A stretch of DNA of 64,000 nucleotides from an uncultured Acidobacteriaceae bacterium (GTDB lineage Bacteria > Acidobacteriota > Terriglobia > Terriglobales > Acidobacteriaceae), in assembly GCA_963846815.1 (NCBI GenBank), contig CAWJXG010000002.1, positions 457,799 to 521,798 of the forward strand. The letters run 5' to 3'. The notes beneath the pieces are model-generated. The model was not told the DNA's origin. It made no database searches and was given only the letters and a program-made list of their open reading frames with translations. How positions within the stretch are numbered: the first letter of the stretch is position 1; each line of letters begins with the position of its first letter. Below, one piece after another: positions 54,415 to 63,497 of this stretch. The position numbers were made by a program, and so were the translations under genes.

Positions 54415-54570
54415 CTACTCGCGATATCCGGCCTTCACGGCGATGCGCTTGCGTCCTTTAGCGCGCCGGCGAGACAGAACCGCGCGTCCGCTCTTGGTCT
54501 TCATACGCGAACGAAATCCGTGCGTCTTTGAGCGGTGACGACGATTGGGTTGGAATGTGCGCTTCGGCAT
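54415..54570 (-). CDS. rpmH: 50S ribosomal protein L34
   Basis: Minus-strand translation: [51 protein letters not shown] (51 aa). It is below the ORF-track cut-off. Confidence 0.92.
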   Translation of the reverse strand: MPKRTFQPNRRHRSKTHGFRSRMKTKSGRAVLSRRRAKGRKRIAVKAGYRE

Positions 54571-55141
54571 TCGTAACTGCGCTCCTCACTAGGGCAAAAT
54601 GTCTATGGGCAAACCATGAGTATAACGGTGATGGGAGCCAACTGGCAACCCGAGTGGCAGGTTCCTCTGGCACAGACGGGATCTTTTCCCGGAGGCGACT
54701 GCACCGCCTCCATTCCGCATGAATCCGGATTCCTACAGTATGCTCATGCGTGTCTCTCCGCATTCTTGCCGTTGTTCGCAACTCAGAGTGGCCGCTGGCT
54801 GTTCAATCTGCACTGTGCATGCGGCATCTTCGCGCGCAACAAAAAAAATTTTTGCGCAGTAACTTTCCCGAAATCAATCGTTCACTCGGACACTGCATTC
54901 CAGCATGTGCAACCGGGGTATTGCGCACTTTTTTTTTCGTGCTAGTATCCCATGCAGCCACAGACAATCAACCGCACAGTAAAGTGCGCGCTGCAAATCA
55001 GGCAGCCATTTTAAGTGGCCGATCTTTTCATTTTGCCTGAGATTTGTGACGGACTTCGCACTGTGGCACCGTGTTCGGCCCTGTTCCCACTGAACTTTAC
55101 TTCGATCGGTTAGAGGCGCGGTTAGCCTCGGATTTGCTGCT

Positions 55142-56527
55142 ATGGCTTCTATAGGACCACTGATTCCCAATCCGTGGGTGCGTGTTCTCGACGCACTGGA
55201 AAAAAAAGTCAACCGCAGCTCCTACGAAACCTGGCTCAAGCCTACCCGCTTCAGCCACTCGCAAGGCGCTGTCTTGTTCGTGAATGTGCCCAACCCCGAT
55301 TTCTGCCACATCGGCGAGAAGTACGGCGACCTGATCAGCGAGGCCATCGACGACCTTGGCCTGGAATATCAGGACGTGGAGTTCGTCACCGATCCGGAAA
55401 AGCAAGCTGCCGCGCAGAAGACCCGCAGCCAGAGTGCGGGTGACGACAACCATGGCGACACCGCAGCACCCGCTGTTGTCCGCCAGCAACGATTCGACTG
55501 GGATGGAGCGGCGCAACTGAACCCGAAATACACCTTCGACGGATTTGTCATCGGCGCCGGAAATCAGTTCGCTCATGCCGCTGCCCGCGCCGTCGCTGAG
55601 CGGCCTTCAAAGGCCTACAACCCGCTGTTCCTTTACGGCGGTGTCGGAATGGGCAAGACCCACCTCATGCAGGCAATCGGGCACGACATCAAAAAGCGCC
55701 AGCCCGATATGGCCATCTGCTACGTGTCCAGCGAGAAGTTCACCAATGAGATGATCAACGCGCTGCGCTACAACAAGATGACCAGCTTCCGCGAGAAGTA
55801 CCGCAACATGGATGTCCTGCTCATCGACGATATCCAGTTCCTGGTACACAAGGAGCGCACCCAGGAGGAGTTCTTCCACACCTTCAATGCCCTGCACGAG
55901 TCTATGCGGCAAATCGTGATCGCCAGCGACCGTCCACCCAAGGAACTCGCCGAAATTGAAGACCGGCTGCGCAGCCGCTTCGAGTGGGGACTCATCGCCG
56001 ACATCCAACCGCCGGACCTGGAGACGAAGGTCGCCATCCTGCAGAAGAAAGCGGAGTCTGAGCACGTCCACCTGCCCACCGATGTCGCGCTGTACATCGC
56101 GTCGAACATCCGCAGCAACGTGCGCGAATTGGAAGGCGCACTAATTCGCCTCACCGCTTACTTCTCACTCACGGGCGGCGAGTTGAATCTGCAGACCGCG
56201 CAGGAAGTGCTTAAGAACCTGATCGATTCGCAGACCAGGAAGATCACGATCGACGCCATCCAGAAGGCTGTCTCCGAGCAGTTCGGCCTGCGTCCGGCGG
56301 AAATCAAGGCCAAGAATAATTCTCGCGTGATTGTCTATCCGCGCCAGATCGCCATGTTCCTCGCCAAGCACCTGACCGACGCTTCGTTGCCTGAGATAGG
56401 ACGCCAATTCGGCGGCAAGCATCACACCACCGTGCTGCACTCGGTCGAGAAGATCGAGGAACACCGCAAGACCGACAAAGATTTAAACAGGCTCCTGAAT
56501 AAACTTACCGAGTCCTTGGGCGCATAA
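55142..56527 (+). CDS. dnaA: chromosomal replication initiator protein DnaA
   Basis: 461 aa. NPLFLYGGVGMGKTHLMQAIGH (Walker A), LLIDDIQF, RSNVRELEGAL, and the C-terminal DNA-binding LPEIGRQFGGKHHTTVLHS. Confidence 0.97.
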   Translation: MASIGPLIPNPWVRVLDALEKKVNRSSYETWLKPTRFSHSQGAVLFVNVPNPDFCHIGEKYGDLISEAIDDLGLEYQDVEFVTDPEKQAAAQKTRSQSAGDDNHGDTAAPAVVRQQRFDWDGAAQLNPKYTFDGFVIGAGNQFAHAAARAVAERPSKAYNPLFLYGGVGMGKTHLMQAIGHDIKKRQPDMAICYVSSEKFTNEMINALRYNKMTSFREKYRNMDVLLIDDIQFLVHKERTQEEFFHTFNALHESMRQIVIASDRPPKELAEIEDRLRSRFEWGLIADIQPPDLETKVAILQKKAESEHVHLPTDVALYIASNIRSNVRELEGALIRLTAYFSLTGGELNLQTAQEVLKNLIDSQTRKITIDAIQKAVSEQFGLRPAEIKAKNNSRVIVYPRQIAMFLAKHLTDASLPEIGRQFGGKHHTTVLHSVEKIEEHRKTDKDLNRLLNKLTESLGA

Positions 56528-56550
56528 ACCGCGCGCCAAACGCGGTTTTT
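56527..56550 (+). terminator. intrinsic terminator after dnaA
   Basis: AACCGCG-CGCCAAA-CGCGGTT followed by TTT. Confidence 0.55.
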
Positions 56551-56559
56551 CAATTCAGG

Positions 56560-56874
56560 ACGCCGTTTTCCTTCGATCTGCCTGTGTACGGCTTGTGAAT
56601 CCCTTTGAGAATCTCTGCCGAATCCCGATCGCAACCCGGCTTCGCACATCGAGCGCTGCTCCGGCGGTCAGGTTCTCCGCAGCAATTCGCCACGGCTGGC
56701 GTTTATCCATGCGGTTTGGCTTCGCTTTTCCACTTTTTCAGAGGGCCTACGGTTACTACTGTTTTATAAGATTCTTATTTGGTATAAGGAAAGGCGTAGT
56801 CGCAGAAGGAATCTCGAGCTGGACGGTGCAACGCCGCCACGAACAACCGCTCGCAGACACCGCGACTTCCAAAG
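56560..56874. other. candidate oriC (dnaA-dnaN spacer) with degenerate DnaA boxes and an AT-rich stretch
   Basis: TTATCCATG (56703-56711, 7/9 to TTATCCACA), TTTTCCACT (56726-56734, 7/9), TGTGAATCC (56594-56602, 6/9 to TGTGGATAA), and the AT-rich GTTTTATAAGATTCTTATTTGGTATAAGGA (56761-56790). No perfect box was found. Confidence 0.4.
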
Positions 56875-56922
56875 GTGAAAATGATGGCTGCCGAAGCTAC
56901 GGGAGCGATGCAGGGAACGGCA

Positions 56923-58041
56923 ATGGAAATCAGCGTTAGCAAGTTCGAGTTGCTGAGAGAACTGACGGCCACGCAGGGAGTGGTCGAGCGCAAGACCACA
57001 ATTCCTATCCTGTCGAACTTTCTGTTCGAAGCTGCCGATAACCGGCTCACCATCACGGCCACCGATCTGGATTTAAGCCTGCGCACCTCGTGTCCTGCCA
57101 AGGTGAAGAAGGAAGGTGCCTGCACCATTCCCGCCCGCAAGCTGTATGACTACGTCAAGCTGCTGCCCGACGGCGACATCTCCATCAAGCTACTTGACAA
57201 CCACTGGGTGAATATCCGCTCCGGCCGCTCCAACACCAAGATGGTCGGCATGGCGCGCGCTAACTTCCCTGGGCTGCCGGCGTTTCCGTCGTCGAGTGTA
57301 ATGAAAGTTCCGGCACAGACGCTGCGCAGCATGATCGGGCGAACCATCTTCGCCATCTCCTACGAAGAATCTCGCTACACCCTCAACGGCGGACTGATGG
57401 TGCTGAAGCCGGAATCGATCACCATGGTCGCCACCGACGGCCATCGCCTGGCGCATATCGAAAAAACCGGCGAGCAGTTCGACGTAACCGGCGAAAACAA
57501 AACCCTGATTCCCAAGAAGGCCATGAGCGAGTTGTATTCGCTGTTGCAAAACAGCGAAGTGGACTTCATCGACTTTGCGAAAGACGAGTCGACGCTGTTC
57601 TTCCGCATCGGCGAGCGCCTGCTGACCTCGCGCCAGTTGACCGGACAGTTCCCCAACTACGAGGCCGTGCTGCCACGCGAGAACACCAAGTCTGTGGTTG
57701 TGCATGGAGACGAGTTGAATACCGCGCTGCTGCGCGTTGCCCAGTTTGCCGACGAGCGCTCGCGTGCTATTCGCATGAAGCTCGACAAGAACGAGATCAA
57801 GATTTCCTCGTCCTCCACCGATGCCGGCGAGTCGGAAGATTCGATCGAAATCGCCTATGCCGCCGATCCCATGACCATCGGCTTCAACTCCGAATACCTA
57901 ATCGACTTCCTGAAGGCCTCAAGCGCCGGCGATGTAAGGCTGGAATTCAAGGACGCCCAGTCCGCCGGCCAGATGCGCCCTGACGACGGCGCAGACGACG
58001 GGTTTAAATACCGCTACGTCGTCATGCCCATGCGGATCTGA
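56923..58041 (+). CDS. dnaN: DNA polymerase III beta subunit (sliding clamp)
   Basis: MEISVSKFELLRELTATQGVVERKTTIPILSNFLFEA... and C-terminal YRYVVMPMRI. ATG 56923 is preferred over the 16-codon upstream extension. Confidence 0.95.
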   Translation: MEISVSKFELLRELTATQGVVERKTTIPILSNFLFEAADNRLTITATDLDLSLRTSCPAKVKKEGACTIPARKLYDYVKLLPDGDISIKLLDNHWVNIRSGRSNTKMVGMARANFPGLPAFPSSSVMKVPAQTLRSMIGRTIFAISYEESRYTLNGGLMVLKPESITMVATDGHRLAHIEKTGEQFDVTGENKTLIPKKAMSELYSLLQNSEVDFIDFAKDESTLFFRIGERLLTSRQLTGQFPNYEAVLPRENTKSVVVHGDELNTALLRVAQFADERSRAIRMKLDKNEIKISSSSTDAGESEDSIEIAYAADPMTIGFNSEYLIDFLKASSAGDVRLEFKDAQSAGQMRPDDGADDGFKYRYVVMPMRI

Positions 58042-58048
58042 CGGGAAG

Positions 58049-58080
58049 CTGTCAGTTATCAGCTATCAGCCGTCAGTTTG
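58049..58080. repeat. heptamer-periodic repeat (CAGTTAT/CAGCTAT/CAGCCGT), same family as 35002-35105
   Basis: CTGTCAGTTATCAGCTATCAGCCGTCAGTTTG begins 8 nt after the dnaN stop. Confidence 0.7.
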
Positions 58081-58146
58081 GTGGTCTATACACCCACCGC
58101 AACCTTGTCGAAGCAACTCCGCATTTGCCTATTCCCCACTGAAATG

Positions 58147-58172
58147 AAAAAGCCGGATCGAAGCCGGCTTTT
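58147..58172. terminator. bidirectional intrinsic terminator
   Basis: AAAAAGCCGG-ATCGAAG-CCGGCTTTT has A-run and T-run flanks, so it fits both convergent genes (dnaN and the 58193-58900 gene). Confidence 0.65.
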
Positions 58173-58192
58173 GCAGATACCTGACAGCTCTC

Positions 58193-58900
58193 TTACTCTC
58201 CCGGATGACGCCACGCCTGAACCTCCGCCGCCGTGCTCCCTCCATCGCTAAACCGCGCGATATAGACACTGCGGCGGCCGTGCGTGGTCCACTGCGCGTT
58301 CAACCCATCGCCCTGGAATTCATCGGTCAGGGCCACGGCCGACACCGCGTCCTTCACGTCGGTCAGCGGAGGGTAGAAGTTCACCTCGTTGCCGCAGATG
58401 TGGTCATGATGGTTCAGCGGGCGCGTAATGATCGTCGCGAGCTTACCCGCGCGCAGAATCGCTCCGCCCTGATGCGGATCGGCAGGCGTATCCAGGATCA
58501 CCGGCACATAATCCACGCGGACCACGTTCTCCAGCAGGCGTCCGCCATTGTGCTTGGCGAGCGCAATGAGGGCCGCGCGCTGCTGCGGGTTGGCGGCATC
58601 ATCCACCATCAGCACCGAGTGCGCCGGGTAAGGATTGCCATACGGATCCCCCAGCGTCGCCTGGGCACGCACTGCCGCGGCCACCGTTAGGCCGTCCAGC
58701 TTCACGCCGTGCCAGGAGCCTTGCTCCACATGCCAGGCCATCAGCGCCTCATTGCCCGTCAGTCCTACCTCGCCATTGGCAAAGCACTGCGCCACGTACA
58801 CGTCGGTCGAGCGGGACTCAATGTAATCTCCGCGAAGCTGCTGAGCATGAACGGAAGCGGCCAAAGCCACAATGGAGGCAATCAGCAAGAACCTGCGCAT
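58193..58900 (-). CDS. hypothetical exported protein
   Basis: Signal peptide MRRFLLIASIVALAASVHAQ and host-like codon usage. It bears a faint resemblance to the DUF1326 layout (GDYIESRSTDVYVAQC...GVKLDGL), but this is not secure. Confidence 0.55.
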   Translation of the reverse strand: MRRFLLIASIVALAASVHAQQLRGDYIESRSTDVYVAQCFANGEVGLTGNEALMAWHVEQGSWHGVKLDGLTVAAAVRAQATLGDPYGNPYPAHSVLMVDDAANPQQRAALIALAKHNGGRLLENVVRVDYVPVILDTPADPHQGGAILRAGKLATIITRPLNHHDHICGNEVNFYPPLTDVKDAVSAVALTDEFQGDGLNAQWTTHGRRSVYIARFSDGGSTAAEVQAWRHPGE

Positions 58901-59198
58901 GGAAGCACCTCACCCGCAATGCAGATATTGTAGATGAGCCGGATCGCCTCCAAGAAGCACCTGGAAGGCAGAACCGCCGGCGGCGGCGCGGGACAACTTA
59001 TTTACAAGCTGTTGACCCCGGCGCGACCACTTCGAACCCCGGCAGACCTACACTGGGCACCTTAGAGCACACTTTGCCCCCGGATGGGCTTGCATCCTAC
59101 CCGACCGCATCAGCCGCCGGGGGCGATTTTCCCGCCTCGATCCCGGCTCCGCTTCCCGCCGCTGACGGCTGTACCTTGTGAATTAACGACGATCCCCG

Positions 59199-59227
59199 TT
59201 GACATTCGCCTTTTATTCGCTAACAAT
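59199..59227 (+). promoter_or_regulatory. sigma70-like lexA promoter with embedded ATTC-N7-ATTC direct repeat (candidate operator)
   Basis: TTGACA (59199-59204), a 16-17 nt spacer ATTCGCCTTTTATTCGC, then TAACAAT (59221-27). It lies 23 nt upstream of the lexA ATG. Confidence 0.45.
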
Positions 59228-59249
59228 TAGCCCGGAGGCCTATCAGGGC

Positions 59250-59867
59250 ATGGCTATCACTCGTCGTCAACGAGAGGTGTACGACTTCCTCCAGCGTTTT
59301 GTGGATGAGCACGGATACTCGCCTTCCTACCAGGAGATCGGCGACGGTCTGGGACTGAGTTCGTTGGCCACCGTGCATAAGCACGTCACTAACCTCGAGG
59401 AGAAAGGGCTGCTCAAGCGCGATTACAACCGCAGCCGCTCCATCGATGTGCTGAAAATCCGCAGCCGCCCCAAAAGCGCTTCGCCCCCGCCCGAGCTTAC
59501 TTTGCCGCTGGTGGGCGTGATTGCCGCCGGACGCCCGCTGGAAGCCGTCGAGAATCCGGAATCGATTTCCCTGGGCGACTTTACCCGCTCGAAAGACGTC
59601 TACGTCCTTCGGGTCAAAGGCGAGAGCATGCAGGACGAGCATATTGTCGACGGCGACTACGTTCTGGTGGAGAAGACCAAAACGGTGCGGAATGGCGAGA
59701 TTGTAGTGGCCCTGGTGGGCAAGTCTGAGGCCACGCTGAAGCGAATCTACCAGGAAGGCGAGACCATTCGCCTGCAGCCCTCCAATGCTGCTATGAAACC
59801 GATCCTCGTACCCGCCGCCGACGTCGAAGTCCAGGGGCGGGTGATTGGCGTGCTGCGCAAGTACTAG
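59250..59867 (+). CDS. lexA: LexA repressor
   Basis: MAITRRQREVYDFLQRFVDEHGYSPSYQEIGDGLGLSSLATVHKHVTNLEEKGLL (winged HTH), the cleavage-site region VIAAGRP, and the S24 peptidase VKGESM...EATLKR dyad. Confidence 0.92.
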   Translation: MAITRRQREVYDFLQRFVDEHGYSPSYQEIGDGLGLSSLATVHKHVTNLEEKGLLKRDYNRSRSIDVLKIRSRPKSASPPPELTLPLVGVIAAGRPLEAVENPESISLGDFTRSKDVYVLRVKGESMQDEHIVDGDYVLVEKTKTVRNGEIVVALVGKSEATLKRIYQEGETIRLQPSNAAMKPILVPAADVEVQGRVIGVLRKY

Positions 59868-59887
59868 CGACCGCACTCAGAAAGTAA

Positions 59888-59911
59888 GAGCGCAGCCCGT
59901 AAGCTGCGCTC
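59888..59911. terminator. 9-bp hairpin between convergent lexA and trxA
   Basis: GAGCGCAGC-CCGTAA-GCTGCGCTC. The U-tract is weak. Confidence 0.45.
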
Positions 59912-59940
59912 CTGAAAGATGTTCCGCCTGGCTGGCGGAT

Positions 59941-60288
59941 TTACATTACCGCTTCTGGCGCCAGGTTCTTGTCCAGCGCCTTTTCGATCACGTCGCGGGC
60001 CACGTAACCGACGATCTGCTCCTTCACCTGTCCATCCTTGAACAGAAGCAGCGTCGGAATGCCGCGCACTCCATAGCGCTGCGGCGTCGCTGCATTCTTG
60101 TCCACGTCCATTTTGCCGACTTTCACCCGGCCGGCATAACCCTGCGCCACTTCTTCCACGATCGGCGCAATGGCCTTGCAAGGACCACACCACGCTGCCC
60201 AGAAGTCGATCAGGACCGGTTGCTCGGACTTCAGTACCAACTGATCAAAATTAGCGTCCGTAACCTCTACAATTGCTTCGCTTGCCAT
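59941..60288 (-). CDS. trxA: thioredoxin
   Basis: 115 aa with PVLIDFWAAWCGPCKAIAP (the WCGPC active site). Confidence 0.92.
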   Translation of the reverse strand: MASEAIVEVTDANFDQLVLKSEQPVLIDFWAAWCGPCKAIAPIVEEVAQGYAGRVKVGKMDVDKNAATPQRYGVRGIPTLLLFKDGQVKEQIVGYVARDVIEKALDKNLAPEAVM

Positions 60289-60586
60289 TTATCCTCCTGC
60301 GGGAAATTCCATTCGTGCTGCGGCGGCAAGTTGTGCCACAGTCTTGATGCTAACATTCCGCTCTCACTTTAGATGCAGGAATGTGCTTTACGTCGCGTCG
60401 AGGGCGGCAGCCGCCAAAAGCAAAAGCGCCCTACGCTATGCGCAGGACGCTCCTGAAGGCAGCCCTCCCCCAGAACTGCCCGAACTACAGCAGTATTCTG
60501 GGCGCAGATGGCAACCCTGTAAATACATCTTCGGTAACGTCGCATTACCCTTGGGTAACCGCCAAAAGTGACAGCGGGCTGAAGTC

Positions 60587-62869
60587 TCAGGAAGAAGCTG
60601 AGTGCGAAATCTGGTCAAGTATTTCGACGGGATGATGGATCTCCCTTTCGAACCCGGCCCACAGTTGTTCGTGACACGAGATCCCGCTTGCCACCAGGAC
60701 GCGTTCTCCGCCGCTTTCTTCGGCGCGGCGAATCTGGGCGAACAGGTCCTCCCCGACCGCCATGCTCAGGTCATAGTATTCGCGCTTATACCCGAAGCTG
60801 CCTGCCATGCCGCAGCACTCCACCGATGACGTGACCACGTCAAAGCCGCACGCCCGCAGAACGTTCACCGTCTCCGTGTCGGCATGACAGGTTCGCTGCT
60901 GGCAGTGCGAATGATAGAAGAGCCGGCTTCCCGGCTTCCATCGTTCTGCCGGAAACGTCTTTGCCAGATCCAATCCCAGATCCTGCGAAGCCTGCCACAC
61001 CAGCTGTAACGGCTCGAAGCTGATGCGCGCCAGCGCCTGGATCATCTCCTGGTCCTCGATCAGGTGCCGCAGGTCGAGGCGGAACATTGCCAGTACGCTG
61101 GGTTCCACGACCACCAGCTTGCGCCCTGATTCGACGTATGGGCGCAGCATCTGCACCATGGCGCCGGCTTGATCTTTTGCGGTGGCGATCATCCCCTGGG
61201 AGAGCGCCGCGCGGCCGTCGGGTACGGACGGAGTAAGCTGCACCTGATAGCCACACTTGCGCAGCACCCGGATCGCCGCCATGCCACGCTCGGGTGAGCC
61301 GTAGTTGGTGAACACGTCGGCGAACACCGTAACCGCCGGCTGATTCGGCCTTACAGCGCCTGCCGGATCCAGTCTCTCTTCGCGATACAGGTCTTCCCAG
61401 CTCTGCTTGGGAAACTTGTCCAGCTTGCGCCGATGGTCGAGGCCCAAAACGCTTTCCATCATGCTTCGGACAAACGGCATCTCCGTCGGACCGTTCGCCA
61501 GCCCAGCCGACTGCGTGCCCCACTTGCCGAAGGTGTCATAGTTACCAAAAAACTGTTTCTGCAGCGGCGCGGTGCGGTCTTCCGGAGCGCTCCCCGTCAT
61601 CGCGCCGAACGCCGACTTGACCAGCGATGGCGGCTGCGCCTCGTTCATGCGATGGCGCAGGTTCTCGTTCAGCCACGGAATATCGATCCGCACCGGGCAC
61701 TGATTCACGCAGCGCGAGCACGCTGTACACAGCTCGGCAAAGCGCGCGTTCATCAGGCTTCCTGTGCCTGCCTCCCAGGCGCCCCCAATGCCGCCGGAAT
61801 AGGTCTCGCCGCCAAACGCGTGGCCGCCGACCGTCTCGAAGTTGGCGCACGAATTCAAGCAGGCGCTGCAGCGGATGCAGTACAGCGCCTCGTGCAGCAC
61901 CGGATCTTCACGCATCCGGCTGCGTCCATTGTCGATCAGCACCAGGTGGAACTCGCGCGGCTTCTCCTGCTTGCCCGGCGCCGCAAATGAAGGTGCTTTC
62001 AGCGGTGGGTGCAGGATGCTGACATACGACGTCAGCGGCTGGCCGGTGGCGCTGGCGGGCAGCAACTCCAGGAACGTTCCGAAGAGTTCGCGCGACGGAA
62101 TCACCTTCTCGATCCCCGCAATAGCGATATGCAGCGGCGGCAGCGTGGTCGTCATGCGAATGTTGCCTTCGCTCTCCACCAGCATCAGCGACCCGCTATC
62201 GGCCGCGAGGAGGTTCGCACCGGAAATTCCGGCATCGGCGGCGATGAATTGCTCCCGCAGTTTCTCCCGGGCAAACTTGGTCAGCTCCTCGCCGGTGTCG
62301 AGCGGCAGATCGGTCTCGAACTTCCGCTTGAAGAGCGCGGTAATGCGTTCCCGCGAATAGTGCAGCGCCGGCGCGATAACGTGCGACGGCTGTTCATCGG
62401 CAACTTGCAGGATGAACTCCGCAAGGTCGGTTTCGGCGACTCTAATCCCCGCAGATTCCAGTTCGTGATTCAGCTTGGTCTCTTCGGACGTAATGCTTTT
62501 GCCTTTGACTACCAGCTTCGCCTGATGCTTTACCAGCACGTCACGAATGTAGGCATTCGCATCGGCTGCAGTAGGGGCTAAATAGAAGTGGCCGCCATTC
62601 CGCAGCACACTCTCTTCCAGCTGCTTCAGCAGGGCTGGAAGATTGGCGATCGATTGTTCCTTGATCTGCCGCGCCCGGTCCTTCAACTCGTCGTAGTCGG
62701 CAATCTTTGCCACCGCCACGTAGCGGTTGCGGTTGAAAGTCTGAGTGTTGTGGCGAACGGCCACGCTTTGCACCGCCAGCGTCATCCGGATGGCATCCAG
62801 CAACGCGTGCTTGTCTGACTTGTTCGCGACTTGCCGGGGCTGAATATCGACAGGATTTGTGGTCGCCAT
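60587..62869 (-). CDS. lutB: fused lactate-utilisation protein LutB (LUD + 2x[4Fe-4S]) and LutA-like CCG-domain Fe-S oxidoreductase
   Basis: ATG 62869 (MATTNPVDIQ). The N-terminal half has a LUD domain and CIRCSACLNSC / CTACSRCVNQCP ferredoxin motifs. The C-terminal third has two Cys-rich CCG domains (HSHCQQ..., ECCGMAGSFGY). Confidence 0.8.
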   Translation of the reverse strand: MATTNPVDIQPRQVANKSDKHALLDAIRMTLAVQSVAVRHNTQTFNRNRYVAVAKIADYDELKDRARQIKEQSIANLPALLKQLEESVLRNGGHFYLAPTAADANAYIRDVLVKHQAKLVVKGKSITSEETKLNHELESAGIRVAETDLAEFILQVADEQPSHVIAPALHYSRERITALFKRKFETDLPLDTGEELTKFAREKLREQFIAADAGISGANLLAADSGSLMLVESEGNIRMTTTLPPLHIAIAGIEKVIPSRELFGTFLELLPASATGQPLTSYVSILHPPLKAPSFAAPGKQEKPREFHLVLIDNGRSRMREDPVLHEALYCIRCSACLNSCANFETVGGHAFGGETYSGGIGGAWEAGTGSLMNARFAELCTACSRCVNQCPVRIDIPWLNENLRHRMNEAQPPSLVKSAFGAMTGSAPEDRTAPLQKQFFGNYDTFGKWGTQSAGLANGPTEMPFVRSMMESVLGLDHRRKLDKFPKQSWEDLYREERLDPAGAVRPNQPAVTVFADVFTNYGSPERGMAAIRVLRKCGYQVQLTPSVPDGRAALSQGMIATAKDQAGAMVQMLRPYVESGRKLVVVEPSVLAMFRLDLRHLIEDQEMIQALARISFEPLQLVWQASQDLGLDLAKTFPAERWKPGSRLFYHSHCQQRTCHADTETVNVLRACGFDVVTSSVECCGMAGSFGYKREYYDLSMAVGEDLFAQIRRAEESGGERVLVASGISCHEQLWAGFEREIHHPVEILDQISHSASS

Positions 62870-62871
62870 CT

Positions 62872-63459
62872 TCACCTCAACACAATCACATGCAGCCGAT
62901 GCGGCCCATGCACGCCGCGCACCAGCGGGCCCATGTCGGCGGTCGCGCTTGGCCCGGTTATAAAGACGAAGTCGCGCGTCAGGCCGGCGCCGTTCAACAC
63001 GTCGCTGCGAAACATATCGCGCGGTTGCGGCACGATGTGTTCCGACGCCAGCACGGCGATGTGCAGCGGCGCAAGCAGGCTCACGGTCCCCGTGCGCCCG
63101 TAATTCACGTCTACACAAACCGAACCGGTGCGAGCGATGCCCGCGAAAGCCTCCGTCACCCCAACTGGCGAGTGAACCATCTGGTCTGAATCCGGCTGGG
63201 TCACCACGCGCGGGTCGGCTGCAAAAGGTGCGAACAAATCAGCGGGCAAAACCTGCGGCGGAGCGAACAGAATCCGATCCACCTCTCCGGCCTTTGCCAG
63301 GATTGCGTCGCAAAGATCACGTGGATTGCGCTCGATGACCTCCACGGTAGCCGCCGCTGCTCTGGCTGCGAGCGAAAACTGCTCCGTGAACTCACAGGTA
63401 CTCCGCTGGGCTGTGGGGGAGTTCATGCGGGACATGCTACCACCTGCCCCGTCCGTCAA
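62872..63459 (-). CDS. lutC: lactate-utilisation protein C (LUD domain)
   Basis: AGIARTGSVCV...SLLAPLHIAVLASEHIVP...FITGPSATADM is typical of LutC/YkgG. Its stop lies 2 nt before the lutB ATG. Confidence 0.8.
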   Translation of the reverse strand: MTDGAGGSMSRMNSPTAQRSTCEFTEQFSLAARAAAATVEVIERNPRDLCDAILAKAGEVDRILFAPPQVLPADLFAPFAADPRVVTQPDSDQMVHSPVGVTEAFAGIARTGSVCVDVNYGRTGTVSLLAPLHIAVLASEHIVPQPRDMFRSDVLNGAGLTRDFVFITGPSATADMGPLVRGVHGPHRLHVIVLR

Positions 63460-63497
63460 TTTGTGAGCTTCGTCACCGCCGGAGAGGGCGGCCCGAA

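Noticed and set aside
54571-55141. rpmH-dnaA spacer as the replication origin.
   Set aside because: By eye it has only 5-6/9 matches to the DnaA box and no clustered array. It more likely holds the dnaA promoter (TTGCGC-N16-TAGTAT near 54920-54948). It is kept as an open question under the oriC finding rather than called as a feature.
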